From: Candidatus Adlerbacteria bacterium
GTDB lineage: Bacteria; Patescibacteriota; Minisyncoccia; Phycocordibacterales; SBAW01
Direction: 5' to 3'
NCBI GenBank assembly: GCA_026397405.1
Contig: JAPLUW010000001.1
Location: forward strand, 239,825 to 303,824
DNA length: 64,000 nucleotides
Position numbers and translations under genes: made by a program
Notes under the pieces: generated by a model
What the model was told of the DNA's origin: nothing
The model's input: only the letters and a program-made list of their open reading frames with translations
The model's database searches: none
Shown here: in pieces, positions 57,028 to 64,000 of the stretch
Position numbering within the stretch: position 1 is the first letter of the stretch
How the letters are laid out: each line of letters starts with the position of its first letter

Positions 57028-58137
57028 ATGAATAGAGACATGAAAGAAGATATTTTAAATTTGGCACAAGAATTTGTGTCTATTCCATCTAACCCGGACA
57101 ATACAGAGGCACTCGCTACTATTTTAAATCTTGCCCTTTCAAAACTTTCTAATTTCACTATTGAGCGTTTTGAACGAAACGGTGCTACAAGCGCACTAGT
57201 ATATGTAGGTCCTGTACGGCCAAAAAAGTTTAAAGTATTGCTTAACGGCCATTTGGACATAATCCCGGGTAAGCCGGAGCAGTACACCCCAGTGGTAAAA
57301 GGTAAACGGTTGTACGGCGTTGGAGTTATGGATATGAAGGCAAACCTCGCCAGTATGTTGTATGCCTTTGCGGAAACTGCACATAAAGTCTCGTACCCAC
57401 TAGGGCTTCAACTCGTTACAGACGAGGAGCTCGGTGGTTTTGACGGAACAAAATATCAAGTCGAACAAGGCGTGAGAGCGGATTTTGTTTTAACCAGCGA
57501 ACCAACTAACTTTGATATTGTGTACAAAGCACGTGGAATTATATGGTTAAAAATCTCCTCTCGTGGCAAAACAGCACACGGGGCATACCCATGGCGCGGA
57601 GAAAATGCCATTTGGACGATGCACGAGTTTCTTGCTGCGTTGAAAAAACAATATCCTATTCCTACTAAAGAAAAATGGGTAACGACGGTCAACGTTGCAA
57701 AAATTGAAACGAACAATCAGTCGCTTAATAAAATTCCTGACGATTGTACTGTTTCTTTAGATATTCGATACATCCCGGAAGATACAAACGTACTACAAAA
57801 AATCAAAAAGCTTTTACCAAAAGGTTTTTCTATGGAAGTACTTACGGACGAGCCAGCGCTTGATACTGATTCCAATAATTCCTACATACAAGCGCTTCAA
57901 GGCGTAAGTTCGAAAATTCTTAAGAAAAAAATTACCAAACGAGGTGCGTTCGGGTCGTCAGACGCAAGACATTTTGGACGATACAAATGTCCTGGTATCG
58001 AATTTGGCCCAATAGGGGAGGGTATCGGTAGCGACAATGAGTGGGTAGATATCCCAAGTTTAGAAAAATTTAATACTATACTCACAACGTTCCTTTTGGA
58101 ATTAGATATATCATCTGTTCCAGTAAAAAAGCGCTAA
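57028..58137 (+). CDS. M20-family metallopeptidase (ArgE/DapE-like)
   Basis: LLNGHLDIIPG, GVGVMDMKANLAS, and a stop/start overlap with the downstream gene. AT-rich codon usage. Confidence 0.85.
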   Translation: MNRDMKEDILNLAQEFVSIPSNPDNTEALATILNLALSKLSNFTIERFERNGATSALVYVGPVRPKKFKVLLNGHLDIIPGKPEQYTPVVKGKRLYGVGVMDMKANLASMLYAFAETAHKVSYPLGLQLVTDEELGGFDGTKYQVEQGVRADFVLTSEPTNFDIVYKARGIIWLKISSRGKTAHGAYPWRGENAIWTMHEFLAALKKQYPIPTKEKWVTTVNVAKIETNNQSLNKIPDDCTVSLDIRYIPEDTNVLQKIKKLLPKGFSMEVLTDEPALDTDSNNSYIQALQGVSSKILKKKITKRGAFGSSDARHFGRYKCPGIEFGPIGEGIGSDNEWVDIPSLEKFNTILTTFLLELDISSVPVKKR

Positions 58138-59282
58138 TGTGCCAGGGCGTTAACTAATTTTTGGCGCAAAATGGGGGCGATGGTGCTGGCAAAGTGGTCG
58201 GCTTTTTGTTGCATGTTGCCTGTAAGGAGCGCGACAACTCCTCCCATGCCTGCTGTGGCAAGGCTCTGGTTAATGTGGCTCAGGGTTATGCCACGCAGGT
58301 CGCGTGTGGCAGTAGTGTCGCCAAGTGTTGCCGTCGCCACTATTGCCTGCAGTGCGCCGTCGTGTGTGCGGACAATAGCCCCGCCAGAGGAGCCCGCCTG
58401 TGCAACAACACTGCCGCCGACAGACACAACGTCGGGGAGCCCGCGGCTGTCGAAGGCAAAAATATCTTGCACGGTAGTAAAGGCGCTCGACGCATACAAA
58501 TTCATTTCAATAGTAATGCCTTCCAAAAAACCAGCGGGGTAGGCGGCAAGTAGCACTGGCTCTTGCCTCTGCGGTTCGTCGAGCGTGACAGGGATGGTGG
58601 GGAAGTGTGCGGGGAGTGTGGCAGCCGGGTCGGTGCGCGAGGTTATGAGTAAAAATGCGTAGTCGTTTTCGCCCGTGCCAACAGCTTCGTCTGACGTTAT
58701 TTGCTTTGCGTTTGCATCGACCCACGCAGGCGGTAGGTACAGCAGTGTCGCCTGATATTTACGCGCGGCAGGGCTGCCAGTGCGCACGACGCAGTCGATA
58801 TTGCCCGGTACTATGTAGTCGCGGAGCAAAAAGTATTGGCCCACGTGTGCGTTGGTTACAATAACGCCGCTGTCGCTGACAATAACCCCGCTACCAGAAA
58901 TCGGGTGGAAGTAGCCGCCGCTTTTTGTTGTGCAGAGGATGTTAACAAGCGCAGCACGCGTCCCGTCATTTACAACGCCTGGGGGCACTGTTGGTGCAGG
59001 AGGAGGTGGTGGAGTAGGCAAAGACACTGTCTCTGCGTCGATCTTCGGCTCCGCAACCGACAGTGTCTTTGCCTTAGTAGTTTTTACTGGCAGCAGTTTT
59101 TGAGCAGTGGTGCTTGTCGCAACTGGTTTGCTTTGTGTGGCTACTACTGCCCCTGTAGATGTTGCTACAGGTAGCGGGGAAGCCGTTACGGGCGCGTGTG
59201 CAGTGACAGCCCCAAAAAGTGAGTGGAAGGTGATAAATACACTTGCAATAATGTTAGAGAAAAAGGAAAGAAGCGCAGACAT
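58134..59282 (-). CDS. secreted trypsin-like (S1) serine protease with a Pro/Thr-rich linker
   Basis: Signal peptide, catalytic His in TNAHV and Ser in GSSGGAIV. Confidence 0.75.
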   Translation of the reverse strand: MSALLSFFSNIIASVFITFHSLFGAVTAHAPVTASPLPVATSTGAVVATQSKPVATSTTAQKLLPVKTTKAKTLSVAEPKIDAETVSLPTPPPPPAPTVPPGVVNDGTRAALVNILCTTKSGGYFHPISGSGVIVSDSGVIVTNAHVGQYFLLRDYIVPGNIDCVVRTGSPAARKYQATLLYLPPAWVDANAKQITSDEAVGTGENDYAFLLITSRTDPAATLPAHFPTIPVTLDEPQRQEPVLLAAYPAGFLEGITIEMNLYASSAFTTVQDIFAFDSRGLPDVVSVGGSVVAQAGSSGGAIVRTHDGALQAIVATATLGDTTATRDLRGITLSHINQSLATAGMGGVVALLTGNMQQKADHFASTIAPILRQKLVNALAH

Positions 59283-59311
59283 GTACTAAAGTATACCAAT
59301 TTGGACTTTTG

Positions 59312-59382
59312 TGCGGGATGGGAGAATCGAACTCCCGCCATCAGTTTGGAAAACTGATGTTCTACCATTAAACTAATCCCGC
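59312..59382 (-). tRNA. tRNA-Gly (anticodon TCC)
   Basis: Reverse complement GCGGGAT..TCAGT-TTTCCAA-ACTGA..GGGAG-TTCGATT-CTCCC-ATCCCGC-A. Confidence 0.9.
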
Positions 59383-59467
59383 TTTTCTATATAAATCTTA
59401 TCCTACAACGCCTTTTGCTTTTCAGCTAGCAATTTGTTCGAGCTATGTTTAGCGCATTGATATGGTC

Positions 59468-59531
59468 AAAACCGTGAAAATGTAAGAAAAAAAGACATTT
59501 TTCACGATTATAGTTGATAAAACCGTGAAAA
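59468..59531. repeat. Repeat array: AAAACCGTGAAAA twice in direct orientation, plus an 11-bp palindrome CGTGAAAATGT / ACATTTTTCACG
   Basis: Read directly from the sequence: copies at 59468-59480 and 59519-59531, inverted copy at 59495-59506. Confidence 0.5.
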
Positions 59532-59672
59532 AAGCATCTGCTGGTGTAGCTGGCAATTCTCCCATCCCGCATATGAATGATTTCACTTGACCTTCACTTG
59601 GTTGGGTATATACTATATCTACATTCGGCATTTGGCCGCGACCCCCGCCCGCAAGGGCGGGGGAACATGTTT

Positions 59673-60059
59673 TTATAGGTACAATTTCTGAAATCCTTCT
59701 TTTACTTTTGCAAAATTATCGGTATCGATCTGTCCCAACTTTGAATGTAGGCGCCGGTAGTCGATAGTACGTATCTGATTAAGACAGATGTATTCATCTT
59801 GTTCGCCAAATTGGACATGTACGTACCAGCTCCCGTCTCGTTTTTGAGTAGTAGTTGGAGCGATAAGATAAAATCCGTGTGCTAACTTTTTGATAATTAA
59901 TACAGGTCGTGAAAAACGTTCGCTTTTCCCGTTCATTTCCGAACCCACATTTTCGCCAAGGCTTGCCCACCACAAATCTCTTTCTGAAACAAACGGAGCG
60001 CGATGTTCATTATTGTGGAGTTTTTCTTTGAGCCCTATCCACTCAAAAAACCGTTTCAT
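59673..60059 (-). CDS. MazF/PemK-family endoribonuclease toxin with no adjacent antitoxin
   Basis: RDLWWASLGENVGSEMNGK..RPVLII...APTTT...YICLNQIRTIDYRRL matches the MazF fold motifs. Confidence 0.7.
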   Translation of the reverse strand: MKRFFEWIGLKEKLHNNEHRAPFVSERDLWWASLGENVGSEMNGKSERFSRPVLIIKKLAHGFYLIAPTTTQKRDGSWYVHVQFGEQDEYICLNQIRTIDYRRLHSKLGQIDTDNFAKVKEGFQKLYL

Positions 60060-60099
60060 ATAAAATTATTGTAGCACCCTGCTAATCCGCACCAGAGTT

Positions 60100-61533
60100 T
60101 TAAAATGTTGGATAGAGAACAAACGAAGGCTGGTAGTTAATTGCCTGAATATACGGCTTGCCTGTGTAGACGGCATGAACTTTTGCCATTGCAAATGTTT
60201 CTTTATACAAAAGATTGGAATGTAGCCACCCGTGCGACGCAACGTTGATAAGAATTGTGACACCTGCGTTAGACGCTTCTTTATATCCAAAAGGAGCAAA
60301 AACTTCTGAACACGCAAAAACAGCAAGGTTGGCAGATTTCCACGTAAATGTGCGAGAAGAAAAAGACTCCTCCGAAGGGACATATTCTTTATTCGCGACA
60401 ATGTCACGGATCTCTTTTCCAAATCCAAGAGATTTCAGAATAAAAATAAGTGATTGAGGGAGATATTCGCCAAATGGCATAAGGTAGTGTTTCTCCTGGC
60501 GAGCAACCACAGTGCCACTTGTTCCGTCAAAAAATACTATAGTTCCTTGTCCGCCTGGTGTTGCTTCAGAGTCGACAAGAAGAGTATTAGTTTTTTTCAA
60601 CCCTTCTAACAATGTAGTACGGAGAGCGGGTGGAAGTAACATCTGGTTTCTAAGGAAGTGGAAATATTCTGGGAGGATAATAATATCGGGTTTTTGCTCT
60701 AAAGCTGTATTTATTTTACTTGCGAGAGATTTTTCACTGGCGAGAAGTTGTGCCTGAGTGTAATAAAGACTTGGATCGAGATGTGTAGAAATAGGCACAA
60801 TCCGGAGCCCATCAACCACTACCACCTTCGGATCGATCTCGACTTTTAAGGGGTTTGGGAGCCCAAACCCTACGGCAAATATGCATATGTATATGCCAAC
60901 AAAACTGTACGAGCGGGCTCTAGAAGATATTTTTGTGTGAGTTGCGGCTATATATAGGAAAGTGCCCAAAGTTGCCGCAAGCCAGCTCAAGGCATATACA
61001 CCACCTACCTGTGCAAACCACAAAAGGCCTGGCGACGCTGCAAAGGTGTAGCCAATAAAACCAAAAGAGAAGTCAGTTCCAAATGTAGACCCCGACCCCC
61101 ACATAACAAGAGAAAAGAGTGCGGCTCGCATAAGTTCGCCGGCTATCCACAAAAAAGGGGCGATACACAAAATCCAAAAAGTTTTTATGTAGGTGCGAAC
61201 CTGCAGCGCAAAAAGGCCGACCGTGGCTGCGAGTACGAGTGCGGACAAAAACCATACTCCAAATACAGCACAAACAGAAAATACTTGGTTATATATACCC
61301 ATTCGATCGAGAGGAAGCAGGGTTAGCACCCAACCTAAGGAAGAACCAATTATACAAAACCCAAAAATTGTCCCTAGGGTAAATGACTCACGTGCAGTGG
61401 AACGAGAGAGTATATATAAAAATAACGCAAACGCCGCTGGTACCACTGGCCACCCATAGGGAAAGTAAAAACTTAATCCAATGAAGGAGCCTGCAATTGC
61501 AGCAAGAAGAAGACGAAGTAGAAAAGTTTTCAT
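60100..61533 (-). CDS. lnt: apolipoprotein N-acyltransferase-like (polytopic N-domain + C-N hydrolase domain)
   Basis: C-terminal nitrilase-fold with Glu (IILPE) and Cys (FACSE) triad residues. Start trimmed to MKTFLLRLLLAAIAG; the upstream ORF extension is implausible. Confidence 0.75.
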   Translation of the reverse strand: MKTFLLRLLLAAIAGSFIGLSFYFPYGWPVVPAAFALFLYILSRSTARESFTLGTIFGFCIIGSSLGWVLTLLPLDRMGIYNQVFSVCAVFGVWFLSALVLAATVGLFALQVRTYIKTFWILCIAPFLWIAGELMRAALFSLVMWGSGSTFGTDFSFGFIGYTFAASPGLLWFAQVGGVYALSWLAATLGTFLYIAATHTKISSRARSYSFVGIYICIFAVGFGLPNPLKVEIDPKVVVVDGLRIVPISTHLDPSLYYTQAQLLASEKSLASKINTALEQKPDIIILPEYFHFLRNQMLLPPALRTTLLEGLKKTNTLLVDSEATPGGQGTIVFFDGTSGTVVARQEKHYLMPFGEYLPQSLIFILKSLGFGKEIRDIVANKEYVPSEESFSSRTFTWKSANLAVFACSEVFAPFGYKEASNAGVTILINVASHGWLHSNLLYKETFAMAKVHAVYTGKPYIQAINYQPSFVLYPTF

Positions 61534-61720
61534 CTGATAGTTTGTATGGAATACGATAGCAGATAATTCTAGGGCGAGAGAAAATTCAAAATATTTTTTA
61601 TTTTCGAAGCCTTCGAGGGCTGTCAACAGCAGTATATTGACAAAAATGCTAAAAACTGAATAATGATAGGTACTGTCCGGGATGTCCCTGGGCTTCGGAT
61701 ACTCCGAAAGGGAGAAGATC

Positions 61721-62239
61721 ATGTACCTCAAGAACCGCCTTTGTGTCCTTCTGGCCCTCGTGAGTGCGTTCCTCGTGAGCCCGATCATTGCGCAGGCGCA
61801 GCCCCCCGTGCAACAGGCTGCTGTCCCCGACAGCGCGCCGGCATCGATACTTCCAGCGGCTCCTGGCCTTGCTCTGGCACAGGTCCAGCAGCAGTGCCTG
61901 GCGTTCTTTGGCAAGAAGGTCACCTACACTGGCAGGACCCCCGAAGACGGCAAGGACTATACGCTCGTTCTCAGTTCCGAAGGGGAGATGCTCGTGCGAT
62001 ACGACCGTCCTGTGTGCAAGGTCGCATACGAATGGCGGAACGCTAGGCAAGAAGGTCGAAATGTCACCGTCGTCTTCGACGGGCGGGCTATCCTGGATGT
62101 CTGGCCCAAGGAGCCTGCTCTGGGCATGACGATGGTCATGAGCAACGACGGGAGCAGCCTGGTCTTTCTCAGGCGATTCGCCGACTACTACGGCAACAAG
62201 AAGATAGGCACTCAGTCGGGGACCTTCCTGCGGAAGTAG
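61721..62239 (+). CDS. GC-rich secreted hypothetical protein
   Basis: RBS AAGGGAGAAG, signal peptide MYLKNRLCVLLALVSAFLVSPIIAQA, and a strong terminator downstream. Confidence 0.5.
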   Translation: MYLKNRLCVLLALVSAFLVSPIIAQAQPPVQQAAVPDSAPASILPAAPGLALAQVQQQCLAFFGKKVTYTGRTPEDGKDYTLVLSSEGEMLVRYDRPVCKVAYEWRNARQEGRNVTVVFDGRAILDVWPKEPALGMTMVMSNDGSSLVFLRRFADYYGNKKIGTQSGTFLRK

Positions 62240-62271
62240 TCCTCGAAACGAGAAGTCAGCAACGTTCAGAG

Positions 62272-62303
62272 GGGTCGCATTACGCGACCCTTTTTCTTTT
62301 TTT
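62272..62303 (+). terminator. rho-independent terminator
   Basis: GGGTCGC-ATTAC-GCGACCC followed by TTTTTCTTTTTTT. Confidence 0.7.
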
Positions 62304-63588
62304 ACCAACCGAGGATTGTGAGTAATCCTGAAGCGGATTTACTTTCTTTAGCAGTAAGGTTTTTTAGAGCAGCGACTTCTTGCGCAGAGCGAATATTTTT
62401 ATATGCACGCAGGAAGCTAAAGAATCTATTTTGAGGCTCTTCTGCGTATAGTTTTACTATTGGCGCAAACAAGTCTTTAACAAGAATCGTTGCAGCTGCT
62501 TCAGACACGTGAGGATCTTTTTTACTTACAGCAAACGCAGTTGTCAGGGCAAGAGAAACACGTAAGCCGTTCGCGTTAAAAGACCCTAGTTCAGATGTTG
62601 TACTTGCGTTTGCATATAGCTTTTCAATATAGGTAATGGCATTAAGGGTTGTATTGCGTACAAGGTCGAAAGGGACAGTATCTTGTACTGCAAAGTCTTT
62701 TCCCGCGATATGATTTTGTTGCCAAAAATATATTAAACCGAAGTTCCATGACTTTTTGACCGAATATATACTTGTGAAGTACCTACTTTTTATAAGTAAC
62801 TTATATTCCGGGATTATATCGAGACCGTCGGGTGAGCTTGTGCGGAAGAGCTCGGTTACTTTATTTTTGTATGTCCTAAAAGCAGGATCATTGTTTAAAG
62901 TGCCTGAATTGAGAAATGAGAACAGTGCCATGGTTTGGGTCATGTCTTGCTTAAGTCCGTCAGAATACGATGGGTTACGGGCAATTATTGTGTAGAGCTC
63001 TTCTAGTTGCCTACCAACAAAATACAGTATTACATCTTGTTTTGTTGATGCAGAATTTGTGTCAAGACCATATTCCGCAAGTGTCTTTTGGTATGAAGTT
63101 GCAAGAGCTGCAATTGCAGAATTATTTGGCAGTACATAGGTAGTAAATGCATCTGTTCCAACACCGACGCGGCGTAGTTTTTCGGCCAAGACAACCCACG
63201 CAAGTACATCAGCCACGCTCGGGTTTTTGTTGTCTAGGGTGAGTACCTTAGCGATGTTTACAAGCCCTGCAGCGTCGGAGGCATTAACTTCTTGGAGTGT
63301 GCGTGTGTCTTTGTTTGGATCAATTGAAGGGCTTAAAAATGGCTCGTCTGCAACAAACAAGTTCGCTAACACCCAGTTGTCGCGCCCTACTATTGCTGGG
63401 TCGCTGCTCGCGATTGCATGTAACTGCACACTTTGATTAGTTGCTATGAGTTTTTGTATGTCGGCCGCACCAAGTTTAGATGAAGGGAGTAAAACATGTG
63501 CATAGTAGTATCCTCCTATGGCAGCAACAATAATCAGTAAAGTGCTAATAATGAAGAAAATTTTCTTTTTTGAAGTAGTGTTAGGCAT
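62302..63588 (-). CDS. membrane-anchored extracytoplasmic hypothetical protein
   Basis: N-terminal TM KKIFFIISTLLIIVAAIGGYYYA. 428 aa. Confidence 0.45.
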   Translation of the reverse strand: MPNTTSKKKIFFIISTLLIIVAAIGGYYYAHVLLPSSKLGAADIQKLIATNQSVQLHAIASSDPAIVGRDNWVLANLFVADEPFLSPSIDPNKDTRTLQEVNASDAAGLVNIAKVLTLDNKNPSVADVLAWVVLAEKLRRVGVGTDAFTTYVLPNNSAIAALATSYQKTLAEYGLDTNSASTKQDVILYFVGRQLEELYTIIARNPSYSDGLKQDMTQTMALFSFLNSGTLNNDPAFRTYKNKVTELFRTSSPDGLDIIPEYKLLIKSRYFTSIYSVKKSWNFGLIYFWQQNHIAGKDFAVQDTVPFDLVRNTTLNAITYIEKLYANASTTSELGSFNANGLRVSLALTTAFAVSKKDPHVSEAAATILVKDLFAPIVKLYAEEPQNRFFSFLRAYKNIRSAQEVAALKNLTAKESKSASGLLTILGW

Positions 63589-63596
63589 GATTTATA

Positions 63597-63986
63597 TCAT
63601 GAACCACCAGAGCTGCCACCCCCACCACTTCCAGAGGTACCATCAGAAGAAGCATTGCCAGCGCCAGCACCAACACCCGCATCGGAAGAAGTAGAGGCGG
63701 CAGCAGCACCAGGACCGCCGTCAGTACCTTCACCGTTACCACAAGAACCACATGCCGTACCGCCGCCAGCAGAGCCTGAAGAACCGTTCTGCGCTGGGTC
63801 AGAAGGGCTTCCTCCGCCAGCTCCACCTGCAGGAGCATCTGCACTCGCTATAGGAGTTGAAAAAATTTCAATAAGCGAACCTTGTTTTGTGTGGACCGCG
63901 AAACCTAAGAAGAGAGCAAGTTGTGTAAGAAGCAACATGCTTTTTCCAAAAAGATGTGCTGTTTTTCTGCGAGCTTTTTGTACCAT
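63597..63986 (-). CDS. small secreted Gly/Ser-rich protein
   Basis: Signal-like MLLLTQLALFLGFAV followed by a long Gly/Ser/Ala low-complexity tail. Confidence 0.4.
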   Translation of the reverse strand: MVQKARRKTAHLFGKSMLLLTQLALFLGFAVHTKQGSLIEIFSTPIASADAPAGGAGGGSPSDPAQNGSSGSAGGGTACGSCGNGEGTDGGPGAAAASTSSDAGVGAGAGNASSDGTSGSGGGGSSGGS

Positions 63987-64000
63987 GTATCCATTGTAAC

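Noticed and set aside
59449-59631. 60-aa minus-strand ORF within the tRNA-Gly / MazF spacer as a candidate antitoxin
   Set aside because: It lies downstream of the toxin, not upstream. It is hydrophobic with no antitoxin-like DNA-binding character. It overlaps the repeat array.
60066-61923. ORF-track N-terminal 130-aa extension of lnt and the overlapping 120-aa ORF 60066..60428
   Set aside because: The extension is Cys/Arg-rich junk overlapping a plus-strand gene region. The Lnt TM domain starts at MKTFLLRLLLAAIAG (61533). The 120-aa ORF is out of frame inside lnt.
63655-63999. 114-aa plus-strand Pro/Ala-rich ORF at the window end
   Set aside because: It is the antisense of the Gly/Ser-rich minus-strand gene. 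Low-complexity regions mirror on both strands. The minus-strand ORF has a signal peptide and is preferred.
1-64000. CRISPR arrays, rRNA genes, insertion sequences and transposases
   Set aside because: No regularly spaced direct repeats, no rRNA-like conserved stretches and no transposase-like ORFs were seen. The only tyrosine recombinase looks like chromosomal XerC/D.

Overview
This 64-kb window looks like a chromosomal segment from a small-genome bacterium. The gene content and a Gram-positive-style type IV secretion cluster make me suspect a reduced lineage such as CPR/Patescibacteria, but that is inference only. GC looks roughly balanced by eye. The window carries the classic origin block: rpmH-rnpA-yidC-jag reading away from dnaA-dnaN, with a perfect DnaA box and an AT-rich tract in the dnaA-dnaN spacer. 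Most of the rest is housekeeping: polA, tsaE, a GspE/PilB-type ATPase, ruvB-yebC-ruvC, tyrS, a class A PBP, rsmA, uvrD/pcrA, a LysM-M23 peptidase, comM, a dksA-like gene, pnp, rpsO, xerC/D, a Nudix hydrolase, xth, a yhhQ-type transporter, the CCA enzyme, lnt, an SDR, an M20 peptidase, an S1 protease and four tRNAs. From 17.6 to 30.6 kb there is an 11-gene minus-strand operon with overlapping stop/start codons that encodes a type IV secretion-like apparatus. It includes a VirB4 ATPase that appears split into two ORFs, a PrgI/VirB3-like protein, a polytopic VirB6-like protein, a pilin-like Cys-rich protein and several large secreted Gly-rich proteins of unknown function. Outside it there is a RelE/Phd toxin-antitoxin pair with a palindromic operator, and an orphan MazF-like toxin beside tRNA-Gly with a repeat array. 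A scatter of small genes is compositionally atypical, mostly GC-rich. The most striking case is a two-ORF insert between pnp and rpsO, bounded by a consensus promoter and terminators and also separated from rpsO by a NYN-domain gene.
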